A DNA stretch of 64,000 nucleotides from Macrostomum lignano (lineage: Eukaryota): the NCBI GenBank assembly GCA_002269645.1, contig NIVC01002210.1:1-64000 (forward strand). Direction: 5' to 3'. Within the stretch, counting starts at the first letter, position 1. Every line of letters starts with the position of its first letter. Of the stretch, positions 45,984-57,500 are shown one piece after another. The position numbers were made by a program, and so were the translations under genes. The notes below the pieces were generated by a model that ran no database searches, was not told the origin of the DNA, and saw nothing but the letters and a program-made list of their open reading frames with translations.

Positions 45984-48900
45984 ATGCGACCGCCGCAGTC
46001 AGCTGAACCAGTGCCCGCCACAATGCCTGCCGCTCCTAACCAACTAGACCAGCTGGATAGCACTTCGGCGCCCCAGCAGCAACAGCCAGTCCTATTGCAT
46101 CAGCGAGACTTTGAAAAAGTACGCCGACTCGGCCTGGGCAAGTATGCTCGAGTGTACGTCTGCAGGCGGGCAACTGTGAATGGCGAGCAGCAGGCTAGTG
46201 AGTTCGCTATGAAGGAGGTCCGCATGAACACCGGCTGTCACAATGAGTACCTGATGCGGGAGAGGGACCTGCTCATACTATGCTCCGAGTCGCCATTTAT
46301 TGTTAACCTGATGTGCACATTCCAGGTGAGTTTTAACAGCTGAAAAACTAGCTTTTATTATTTTGATTAGAGGCAGGGGTTGTGTGCACCCTGGCGCACT
46401 TTAAGCGACATTGTCGCACAACCGGCGAGAGGCATTACTCTGCCCATTCCGCCTGACTCCCCTGAGCAGGCACACACTCACACAGGAGTGTACAGCGGCC
46501 CTACTACACTTCACTGTCCCTCGGGTGTTGGCTCTTGTAGTGCATCAAGGACGTTAATTTTTGCAGATTTAAGTCAATATTCCAGTTCAGCCCGAACTTA
46601 ATGTGACTGCACTAGGAATCGAGCCTGGGCCGCTGGCACATCAGAGCGCCGCGCTGGACCACTTGGATACGGCCTCCTTACATGCATTCCCAGCTACAGA
46701 GGGGTTCCTTCCCCAGCTGCGGAGGGTTCCCAGCTACAGCGGGGTTCCCAGCTACAGAGGGGGCCTCAGTTACAGCGGGGTTCCCAGCTACAGGAGGGGG
46801 CCTCAGGTACAGAGGGGTTCCCCAGCTAGAGGAATTTCCTGCTACATTGGTTTTCCAAGCAACAGAGGGATTCCCAGCTGCCCTACTGACAGTAATGTTG
46901 AATGTGTTCAGTGCAGATTTAACATTTAACGACCCTATCAGGAGCCGCAGCGCCAGCGAGCCTATCTGATCCTGCAGCTGGGCGAAGGCGGCGACCTATA
47001 TGAACTGCACGAGGACGTTCACTTATTCAACGAGCAGGATGCCAGATTCTATCTAGCCGAGATCACCTGCGGCCTGGAGTTCATGCACGAGCGCAGTATT
47101 ATTCATCGCGACGTGAAGGGCGAGAATATTCTTCTGACTGGCGCCGGTCACGTCATGCTGTGCGACCTCGGGTTGGCCAGGTAAATTTGCTGTATTTTTG
47201 CCTCGCACCCCTTCCTAAGGTGCCCCCTCAACTGAATTGGCGCCCCCCTCAACTGAATTGGCGCCCCCCTCAACTGAATTGGCGCCCCCTCAACTGAATT
47301 GGCGCCCCCTCAACTGAATTGGCGCCCCCTCAACTGAATTGGCGCCCCCCTCAACTGAATTGGCGCCCCCTCAACTAAAGTGGCACCCCCTCAACTAAAT
47401 TGGCGCCCCCTCAACTGAATTGGCGCCCCCCTCAACTGAATTGGCGCCCCCTCAACTAAAGTGGCACCCCCTCAACTGAATTGGCGCCCCCCTCAACTGA
47501 ATTGGCGCCCCCCTCAACTGAATTGGCGCCCCCCTTAAATGAATTGGCGCCCCCCTCAACTAAATTGGCACCCCCTCAAATGAATTGGCGCCCCTCAAAT
47601 AAATTAGCGCCCCCTTAAAGTGGGCAAGAGTATCTGACACGCATCTTGGCGCTCCTTTATCGAATTTTCGGCATCTAAGCAAAATTTAAATTATCAATTT
47701 GAATGGAAGGGCGTGAGCTTCTATGTGTGTACTCTATAGTAAGATTCGAGCCTAGGACCGCAGGACCGGTTTCTTTGAGTTCTAACTCTTCCTCAGCAGG
47801 TTTGAATCTCTGAGCCGCAAACTCACACGTTTTTTAAAATTTCTATATTTAGATGCCAGCTTGCAACCTATTTTCGCACGCTATAAGAGAATCAAATGGA
47901 CTATCAATTACCGCTCTGCAGGAGGCTCAACGGCCCAGACGACCGGGCGCGTACATACTGCGGCACCCTGTCGTACATGTCGCCTGAGATGGTCCGGCGC
48001 CAGCGCTACGGAACCAAGACTGACATCTGGAGTCTGGGCGTGCTGCTCGCTTTTCTGGTCACCGGGGAGGAACCCATCATTGGTGAGCAGCTCTCTCTGT
48101 CGCCCTATTCCTCAATGTGTGCTGTCACTCCAGTCCCCAATGTGTGCTGTCACTCCAGTCCCCAATGTCTGCTGTCACTCCAGTCCCCAATGTGTGCTGT
48201 CACTCCAGTCCCCAGTGTCTGCTGTCACTCCAGTCCCCAATGTGTGCTGTCACTCCAGTCCCCAATGTCTGCTGTCACTCCAGTCCCCAATGTGTGCTGT
48301 CACTCCAATCCCCAGTGTCTGCTGTCACTCCAGTCCCCAATGTGTGCTGTCACTCCAGTCCCCAGTGTCTGCTGTCACTCCAGTCCCCAATGTGTGCTGT
48401 CACTCCAGTCCCCAATGTCTGCTGTCACTCCAGTCCCAATGTGTGCTGTCACTCCAGTCCCAATGTGTGCTGTCACTCCAGTCCCCAATGTCTGCTGTCA
48501 CTCCAGTCCCCAATGTGTGCTGTCACTCCAATCCCAGTGTCTGCTGTCACTCCAGTCCCCAATGTGTGCTGTCACTCCAGTCCCAGTGTCTGCTGTCACT
48601 CCAGTCCCCAATGTGTGCTGTCACTCCAGTCCCCAATGTCTGCTGTCACTCCAGTCCCCAATGTGTGCTGTCACTCCAGTCCCCAATGTGTGCTGTCACT
48701 CCAGTCCCCAAATGTCTGCTGTCACTCCAGTCCCCAATGTGTGCTGTCACTCCAGTCCCAATGTGTGCTGTCACTCCAGTCCCCAATGTGTGCTGTCACT
48801 CCAGTCCCCAGTGTCTGCTGTCACTCCAGTCCCCAGTGTCTGCTGTCACTCCAGTCCCAATGTGTGCTGTCACTCCAGTCCACAATGTCGCTATCAGCCA

Positions 48901-49547
48901 TTTCTAATTCCCGCAGTTTTAGCACAAACCCATGCCTAAACTTCACAAGTTCATTCTATTTAATCTGCTATTCATAATGTTCCCGCAGGCAACAACGAGG
49001 ACGAGAAGCAGAGCAACATAATGAAAGGCCGCTATCACCTGTCCTGCAATTGCTAAATGTCCTACGCCTGCAAAAGCCTCATCTCCAAATGCTCAAAGCC
49101 AACCCGGACCAGCGGCCGACCGCAACCGAGCTCAAAACGCGTCGATTTCTTAACAAACTCGACTGGACCGTCTGGCCAGCGGCGGCCTGCAGCCGCCCTA
49201 CAGCCGCGCTACGGCAGAAAGTGTCGTCGCGGCGTCGGCCTCGGCGGCATCGTTGTCGACGCCGCCGGTATGACGCCGGGCAGCAGCAGCCGGATGTCGA
49301 CGCGACGACAGCCGAGGCCGCCGATTCCACTGTCGGCCGGGGCCGCCGGAAGAGCCGCGCCGATTCGCAGTTTCGCTTCCACGCCGACGATGACAAGCTT
49401 CGCGGCAAGCAGCCGGCGACGGCGGCCGGCGAGGACAACGACGTGACGTCCGGGTTCGGCGAGGGAAAACCGGCGCTGTTGGCGGCGGCGCTGAACCTAT
49501 GGAAGGCTTCGACTGGGTGTCACCAGAGCTGCTACTGCTGCCGCTGA
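45984..49547 (+). CDS. AGC-group Ser/Thr kinase, 4 exons; last exon disrupted as assembled
   Basis: Exons 45984-46325 (LGLGKYARV, AMK), 46942-47180 (HRDVKGEN, DLG), 47922-48082 (TYCGTLSYMSPE, DIWSLG) and 48989 onward. Exon 4 has an in-frame TAA at 49054-49056 and needs -1 shifts to read KMLKANPDQRP and LQPPY. Confidence 0.8.
46353..46677 (-). mobile_element. tRNA-derived SINE, copy 2 (CpG-rich, little mutated), in kinase intron 1
   Basis: Minus-strand A-box-like TATCCAAGTGG, B-box-like GGCTCGATTCC and A-rich tail. Homologous to 11842-12200. Confidence 0.75.
46688..46880. repeat. ~20-bp minisatellite (GGGGTTCCCAGCTACAGA) in kinase intron 1
   Basis: Direct inspection. Confidence 0.8.
47222..47615. 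repeat. ~22-bp minisatellite (CTCAACTGAATTGGCGCCCCCC) in kinase intron 2
   Basis: Direct inspection; starts ~40 bp after the donor at 47181. Confidence 0.92.
48113..48885. repeat. 25-bp minisatellite (GTGTGCTGTCACTCCAGTCCCCAAT), about 30 copies, in kinase intron 3
   Basis: Direct inspection; starts ~30 bp after the donor at 48083. Confidence 0.95.
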
Positions 49548-50439
49548 CTGTCGGTCTGAGTCTGGACGATGCCGAAGATCCGCCAGGTGACTAGTTGGAC
49601 GTTGCTGTTGTTGGGATTCACACATTTACAAATTTTCTTTCTCACTACTAGCAGTAGAATAATAAATTCGAAACTGAGAAAGGTAAAAACTTCACTAGTA
49701 ATATTTGGATTAGCAATTAAATTGCTATATTTAACTACTGATGTTGCTACTGTAAGTAGAGTGGTGGCAATACAGCATTGCAGGGCTAATAATATTTACT
49801 GGTTCTTAATAAAAATCGGGATGTTAAGCAAACTTACAGCAGATTTAATACATGTGATAATTCAAACCCAACCTCATCGTTCCCTTCCCTACTGGTACGC
49901 GTCTCGCTTGCGACAGAAGATTATCTTTTCTTGCAATGTACTATTAAATACTCGCATGCATCCGTATGTGCGAATTATTTATCATATTATACCTAATTGT
50001 AGTTGCTTAATAGACAGCCAGAGTCTAATTTGCTTATAGCTCACTCATGCGCCCTCCGCCCTGTCGCCCTCCCTGGATTCATTTTACTCAACTTTTTTCC
50101 GTCTTTTTAAACTACCTATATTTGCTTGCTTTTTGTGCTGCCGTTTTAGTTTAAACTTTCATGTTGGTATAATTGAAAAAAATGAACTTTTATCCACGGC
50201 CTCATTCCTTTGGCCGTTTATTTTCCGATCCGCAACGGCTTGCCAACGTAAAAACTTGTCGGCTATGTTTTGCTTTTGTTGATTGCTAATTGCTTGTTTT
50301 TCTCTGAGCTTCAATTTTTTCTTTAGCGTCGTTGTGCTCCTGTGTTTTAAGGCTTCGACTTTAAAAAAAGTTTTTATCAATTACTCTAGATTTTATCTCG
50401 TATTAACTACATGCTTAAAAGTTGTTCTCTTCCTACCCT

Positions 50440-50830
50440 AGCAAGTCTCAACCCCTCCGAATGTACACCCGTTCCCTTCCTACCCAAGCCAGCCTCAGCC
50501 CCTCCGAATGTACACCCGTTCCCTTCCTACCCTAGCCAGCCTCAACCCCTCCGAATGTACACCCGTTCCCTTCCTACCCTGGCCAGCCTCAACCCCTCCG
50601 AATGTACACCCGTTCCGTTCCTACCCTGGCCAGCCTCAGCCCCTCCGAATGTACACCCGTTCCGTTCCTACCCTGGCCAGCCTCAACCTCTCCGAATGTT
50701 CACCCGTCCCCTTCCTCCACTGGCCAGCCTCAACCCCCCCGAATGTACTCTCGTTCCCTTCCTACCCTGGCCAGCCTTAACCCCCCCCCCCGCCGAATGT
50801 ACACTCGTCCCCTTCCTACCCCTGCCAACC
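50440..50830. repeat. 47-bp tandem repeat, about 8 copies
   Basis: Unit CCCTCCGAATGTACACCCGTTCCCTTCCTACCCTGGCCAGCCTCAAC. Confidence 0.9.
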
Positions 50831-51654
50831 TAGAAAATACGCACGTAATCTCGCACTAAAACCTTAGCAAGCTTCTTTATATTAATAAACCCTGGCGATA
50901 TTAACCGCCCCATTTTTCTCCATCCCAGACTTCCCAGTTGCTTTGTTTTTTCTCTGCGCATCCTTCCAATCTTTCAGCATGAACAAATACGAGTATGCGA
51001 TAGAATTGCAAAGCTGACAAGTGATCTCAAAAGTGCAAAAAAGCCACCACCCCAAGACAGCGGAACATTGGAGTTTATTAACCATTTGCTTTATTTTTAT
51101 TTAGATATATTCGGGGCAATATTTTTCTAGTATCATCCAACAAATTAATAGCCTACTGCGCTTTTTAGACTACTGCTGTTATTCATTAACAAAGTAGTAC
51201 AAAGTTTCAGTTCTACACTAGTAAATATCCAGCGCGCTACTCTTGCTCAAACTGTTATTTTTATCTGAGATTGAAAGCGCCACATGCCTCCTTTGCTCGC
51301 TAAAAAGTGAACGGAAACTCGACTAAAAAGATGCGACTGCAACTTCCCCTATCTTTGGGTCCTTTGATTTTTATTTCCGTTTGGTCATTTACGATCCGCC
51401 GGCTTTTACCTGCTGACATTTGGTGCGAAACACAAAAACATTAACAAGCCCAGCGTATTCTAATTGCGGCACAACATTATTTGCAAATTAAATATTTTTC
51501 TTTGCTTCTGCTTTGGTTGAATTTTATTTTCAGAAATACACAAATATAATGCGGTATCCAGCGTGCTTATTGTCCTGGCTGGATACTCCACAGTTTATTT
51601 CCTAACATTTTATGTAAATTTGCCATTTTTGCTTTTTAGTTTCTGACAAAGTTG

Positions 51655-51935
51655 AGGCTTTTCAGGTGTTCATGGACTTGTGACCCAATAGTTCCAGTCC
51701 AGATATGGGCTTTCAGTTGCCCATGGACTTGTGGCCCTAATAACTCCAGTCCAGACAGGGGGCCTTCAGGTGTCCATGAACTTGTTACCCTAATAACTCC
51801 AGTCCAGATAGGGAGCCTTTGAGGTGTCCATGAACTTGTGACCCTAATAATTCCAGTCCAGGTAGGGGCTTTCAGGTGTCAATGGACTTGTGGCCCTAAT
51901 AATTCCAGTCCAGATTTGGGGGTTTCAGGTGTCCA
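51655..51935. repeat. ~52-bp tandem repeat, about 5.5 copies (an extra dispersed unit lies near 52960-53020)
   Basis: TTCAGGTGTCCATGGACTTGTG...CTCCAGTCCAGA recurs. Confidence 0.85.
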
Positions 51936-54526
51936 TGGACTTGCAGTCGAATTCGATTTAAAAAAGTGCACATGTTACTCGTACTTTGACTGTGTCTTCT
52001 GTTATCCGAAAATAGTAGAGCCATGGAACAATCCAGAACAAGTTTATAGAACAGGCTTGAGCTTTGAGTCAGTCAGTTGAGTGCAGTAGCACTTCTGAGC
52101 CTATCAGCTATAAGGCTTATCTCGCAATACTCGATAATATCAGAACTATGGCTAACTATATTTTGACTAACGCAGAATGGCCAGGCGAACTTTGATAATG
52201 ATTGAACTAATGTTGAAGCGGTGGCGCAGAGCAGTCACGGACCTCTGATGAATGCTTTCATTAGCTCCTAGATAATTGCCGCTTTGATGCCTGTTTTTCT
52301 AGACCAGAGGTCGTCAAATTTTGTGGAGAGAAAAGGGAATAGAACATAGAAGATGAGAGGAGAAATGGGATGAGAGAGGCGGGGAGAGAATAAATAGAGA
52401 TGAGAATGAGAAGAGACAAATATCGAGCGGGCCGGATTACTATTGGGACAGTTTCACAGGACCGGGTGGGCCAGGGCCGGATAGAGATGCTTCGTGGGCC
52501 GCAAGTGGCCCGCAGGCCGGAGTTGGCCAGCCCTCTTCTATGTTTGACATGGCGGCCCTTTTACATTTGAAATGGTGTCTTTTTTATGTTTGGCATCATG
52601 TTCTTAGACGAAAAATTTACTGGAAATTCGCCTGGCGCACATCGGGCAAATGGAACTATATTTAGACACGTGTACTGCGGTGACCGCGTACATTGCTCCC
52701 CTGCCTGCTGTGCACGCAGTAAGACTTAATTCTCAGTTTCAACGCGATGCGCGTATAAAATGAGTTTTCGGTTTGTTTCGCCTTAAATCCAACTAACTGA
52801 CGACACAAGCAGCTGTCAAGTCGCCGACAGAGTGCATGGGCAAGCGAAAAGTAAATCGAGGTGGCTTCAGTGCTCGCCATGCAGCGGTGAGCCTCTTTGA
52901 TGTTTGATGTCTACATCTACAAGTATTCTAGAATGCGACCCTAATAATTCGGCCCTTAAACCAGTAATACATGCAATTTTAGTCCAGGTATATAGGGGGC
53001 TTCCATGCAGGTGTCCATGGAAATGTACCGAGGGTAATTGGGGGCATTCATCACAGATATAAAAGCAGAAGTTTAGTGGGAATTCGAATTTTCTATGGTT
53101 CATAGAGGGGGCCTAGCCCTGGCAACTTGTCTAGGCCCCCTCCCTCCCCGCCATGAGAGAAGTGTTACAGGAAACGAACGGTACCTGCATTTGACTGTTT
53201 GACTGCAACTGTGGCTGTCTAATTTTCTGACATCAGCGACAAGCGGGGATCGGGTGTTTGGGTTCCTAAATCCAGGGACCAGTTTTTGTTTTTCTACAAA
53301 AAGTGTTGTAAATGAACTAATTGGACCCAAAAGTAGTTTACTATGTGTACGAGTACATATACTGCGCTAATTTTCGTAAATTGCCTTACATCGCGTGGCA
53401 TCTTTATAAACCCAAGTTAAAACGAAACTTGGTATTGGTTGGTAGTTGCTAGTATTTGATGCTGTATGAGAGTGAGAGTAGATAGTCTCAATGGGGTCAA
53501 TTTAGAGCTTTAGAAACTTCAATACTTAATACTTTTTTTTGCAATTTTCTACTCTACTTTCTACATTCGACAGATAAACATACAGTACACGAAACATACT
53601 TTGATTATTGATCAGTTGAATTAATATATTATTGCATTCAATATTGCATTGCATTGTATATTGTATTAATATAATATGCATTCAAATTAAAAATGTCATC
53701 GATGAGTTCAGGCTTCCTACCTTTCCGGTTTTCCTTCGGCGCCATTTCCATTTTGAACTTCGTCACAAAGATAATGCTGTTTTTCATACAAATAGATCAA
53801 TAACTCTATAGCAATCAAAAGTGGAAGCAAAAAAATCGTTTTGCGAATATTTGGGCTTAAAATTTCAACTCAGAAGCTTTAAAATCAGTATTTTTCTGAT
53901 TCCGGGATTGAATCCCGGGATCCTGGGATCGCAAAAAACGGGATTTTGCAATCCGTAGCCATGGAGCTGGGGCCAGAGCAGCTCAACGGCAAACGTGCGC
54001 TAGGACTTCTAGTGGTCCTTGGCCTGACGATCAGAAAGAATGTGCCCAGGAGTCAGCGGAATGGGCAGATAATTTCCGTCAGTGCTGATTGCGGAACGAT
54101 GTCGTCGAATGCGTTGCGCCAGGCCAGGGTGCTCACAGCCCTCTTGCAACTATTATTAAGCGACATGGGACTTGACTCAAAAATCGTCAAAGTACCGCAC
54201 CCAGAAGTCGATCGTAACTAAAAATTTACTACAGCCTAAAGCATACAGAAGTACAGGTTCTTGACCTTACCTTTCAAATTCTCCCCTATTCGCAGCTGTC
54301 GCAGAGCAAGCGACTTCGAATCGACGAAGATGCACCGTGCCAGTCCACCAGGAGCTCGACACCGCCATCCATGGTGCATCGTCTTGGCCCCAAACTCGTG
54401 GCGCCGCCGAGTACGTCATCGCGAGCTGACGAGCCGTTAAATTTGTTATCACCGTCGCCTCCATCGCGTTCCCCATTGTTGGCACCGGGCTCAGACTCGC
54501 CACAGGTACCGCACTCGCTAACTGCC

Positions 54527-57500
54527 ATGCCATCGCAGTCGAGCTCAAACCAGCAACGCCACGGACAACCACAGCAAGTTGGTGCCGCGACAAGAAAAGC
54601 TTCGATGCTGCGACCGACCTTGCAGGCGCGCCGCGGACGCAGATCCGCGCACCATCTGAGACCAGACCGTCGCAGCTCGCAGTTCGGGAGTTCGCATCCG
54701 CCAGGCTTGCCATCGGAATCGAACTCGTTTTTTAAGGGGCCTCAAAATCGAATTTCTCTCCCTTTTGGCCGTCGTAGCTTTCAAAGAGGCTGCAAAGTCA
54801 ATCCAGTCGCGCGAGTGGACGTCAGCAACGCCAAGGCTGCCCTCACAGCGTGGACGTCAGAAGGCTCTGGCGAGGTTGTTGTTCTCGTCCAGCCACCAGA
54901 TACGAGCGTTGCTTTTCCAGTGACGCGTGAAAAACATCTCGTCAAGCGGGAAGTCGGCTACGGATCTCTTGAGCCGAAAGTGCAGGACCAGCTGCAGCTC
55001 AGTCTTCAAAATGTCTGGACGACGGCGAGGCAGGCAGCGAAGGCGACAGTGCAAACGGGTACCGGATCCAGATGGACAGCATCCGTCTGTATCGTCTGTC
55101 GCAGCGCAGCCCAGCTGAGTGGCTGAAATTCGTTGACGCAACGTGTCGCCACCTGAAGGACTCGGGCTGCAACGCCAGTGTCGATGACCTCGGCAATCTG
55201 GAAGTCGTCTGGGGTCGGCTGCTGATGGTCGACTTTGTCGGCAGCGACTTCGGTGCTGCGCTAAGCAGCGCCATTGGTCGATTTCTGCTGACGTTGCAGC
55301 GCCTCTGCCGTCGGTTCCACCGATGCGACTGGGACTCGACTTTCGACTGGGTCATCGACAAGCTGATGCAGCCCGACTGCCTGAGGCGGCTCATGACACC
55401 GCTGATGGAGGCGGCTACGATGACTAGAGGAATTACAGAGGCCCCAGAAACTGATGCGACTGAGGCGCGGCCTGAGACGACCCCGCAGCTGGTGTCTCAG
55501 CATGATGTGATCGAGGCTTCAGCTGAGACTGCTCATGCTGATGCTTTGGCAGACGATACAGGTAGATTCCCATATATTGTAGACAGAATCAGCTAGCAAA
55601 CTTTTTTACCGCAAGGGCTTGATAAAGAATCTTCATGAAATCTGCCTGTTTCACTGATGCAGCGATGTCAACAGAAGAGCAGCCAGAGACTAATGAGGAG
55701 CCGAAGCTGATGTCTCAGCATGATGGTGCGATCGAGGATTCAACTGAGGCTACTAAAGCTTTACCAGATGACACAGGTGAGTCTCATTCTTAGTAGCATT
55801 TTTAATTAAATTTATCAACTGTTTTAAGGGATTTTGACTAATTACGAGCTAAAATTGTCCATTTGTGCGGAACTTTGTCAAGAATATTATCAATTTCGTT
55901 CAGTTTTAACTTCTGTCAGCTCGAGGCAAAACAGTCAATATTTTTTCTTCCACCCAGCTGCTGCTTCTGCTGCTCACCAGCTGTTCAGCGACCTGGCCAG
56001 GCTGATGTGCGCCAGAGACGCCTCCGTGCTTCACCGGGAGCTGCTGCCACTGGTGCAGGCCCTTGGAACTGAAGCGGAACCTCTGAACCAGCGTCAGGAG
56101 CGCCGCTATCGCCTGCTGCTGTCGGAGATGCTGACCATCAGCGTGGAGCTGCAGCGTCGTCAGGAATTCGCCTCAAAAACTGCCTGCAGCATCCTGCCAA
56201 GCAGCGAGGAGCTGACGGTTGAGCCATCCGCTGACGTCTGGCTGACGGGTCTCCGGCCAGCACTGGTGACTGGAGCCTACAGCTCCACTGAGGAGTACGT
56301 CGCTACAATGTTCAAGTAAGTTTTCACGGGGTGATCTGTGACATGGAGTACTAGCAATTATCCATGTCGATGTGCACACAGTCGCTTCGCAACGTTGAAA
56401 AGAAGCAAGAGGGAAAATCAAAGAGGACGCAGAAGAAAAGGAACAAACACCAAGACAGAAGTCGGCAACCTCCGGCCCGCAGGCCACATGCGGCCCACGA
56501 AGCCTCTCTATCCGGCCCTCGGGTCCTTTGAAACTTCACAATAGCAATCCGGCCCGCTCAAGGTTAGTCTCTTCTCAGCTCTCTTCTCTCTCCTTGATTC
56601 TCAATTCTCCCTCCTTCCACTCTCCTCCCCCTTTTCCCTCTTCCCCTCTCCTCTCTCTTCTCTCCTCTTGTCTTCTATCTTTTTCTCATCCTATCCCTCG
56701 TCGTCTCTCCTCTCTTCTATCTCTTCATCTTCTCGTCTTCTATTCTCTCTCTTTTCCACTCTCATGTAGCTCGTATGAGCTGCATTATTTATCTGGCCTT
56801 TGAGGGTAAAAGGTTTGCCGACTTGTAAACTAAGAAAAGGGACAGCAGAAGGGAGAGAAGAGGAGGGAGAGAAGAGAAGAGGGGAGAAGGGAGCTGAGAA
56901 GAGACACAAACCACGAGCGGGCCGGATATTGTGCAGTTTCAAAGGATGGAGAGGCTTTGCGGACCGAGCCGCATGTAACCCCTCGGGCCGGAGTTTTTCG
57001 ATTCCTGCCCAATGGGGACGAATTTTCAACTTGCCGAAAATTTATATCAAAGAAATCACATTTGATCTCTAATTAAGTTGAACACCTGAATAATCCTTGG
57101 ATGTCTTTCTAAATAGTGTAACTTCAATGTTGGGAAGTTTTCTAGTTTACCAGAGTTTACACCAGAATTTCGGCAAAGCGGAGACTCCAATGCAGACACT
57201 GAAATTTCTCTTTAAAACTTTTCCCGGTCTTTAATCATTCAAGCAATTCATTGCCAATAAACTCAATTTCTCATTCCAGTCTTCTGCGAGCGGACTGCTT
57301 CGACACGTTCCACAGCTGCATGGAGCAGGTGAAGTCCGGCCGGCTGTCCGATGACGCGGGCATTCGCCTCTACCTAAATGTCAAGGTAGTCGCGGTGAAA
57401 GCTGTCACCAGAGGCGCTGCGCTTCGCATCGCGATCACCTTCGACCTACCGGCCAGCGACAAGGGACCCTCCGACTGGTCCAAGTCGTCTCGTCTGATGC

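Noticed and set aside
53946-54713. ORF 53946-54221 (+) and a possible 53-bp minus-strand intron at 54218-54270 suggesting a divergent gene
   Set aside because: No recognisable domain, and the spliced frames close quickly. It cannot be supported without transcripts.
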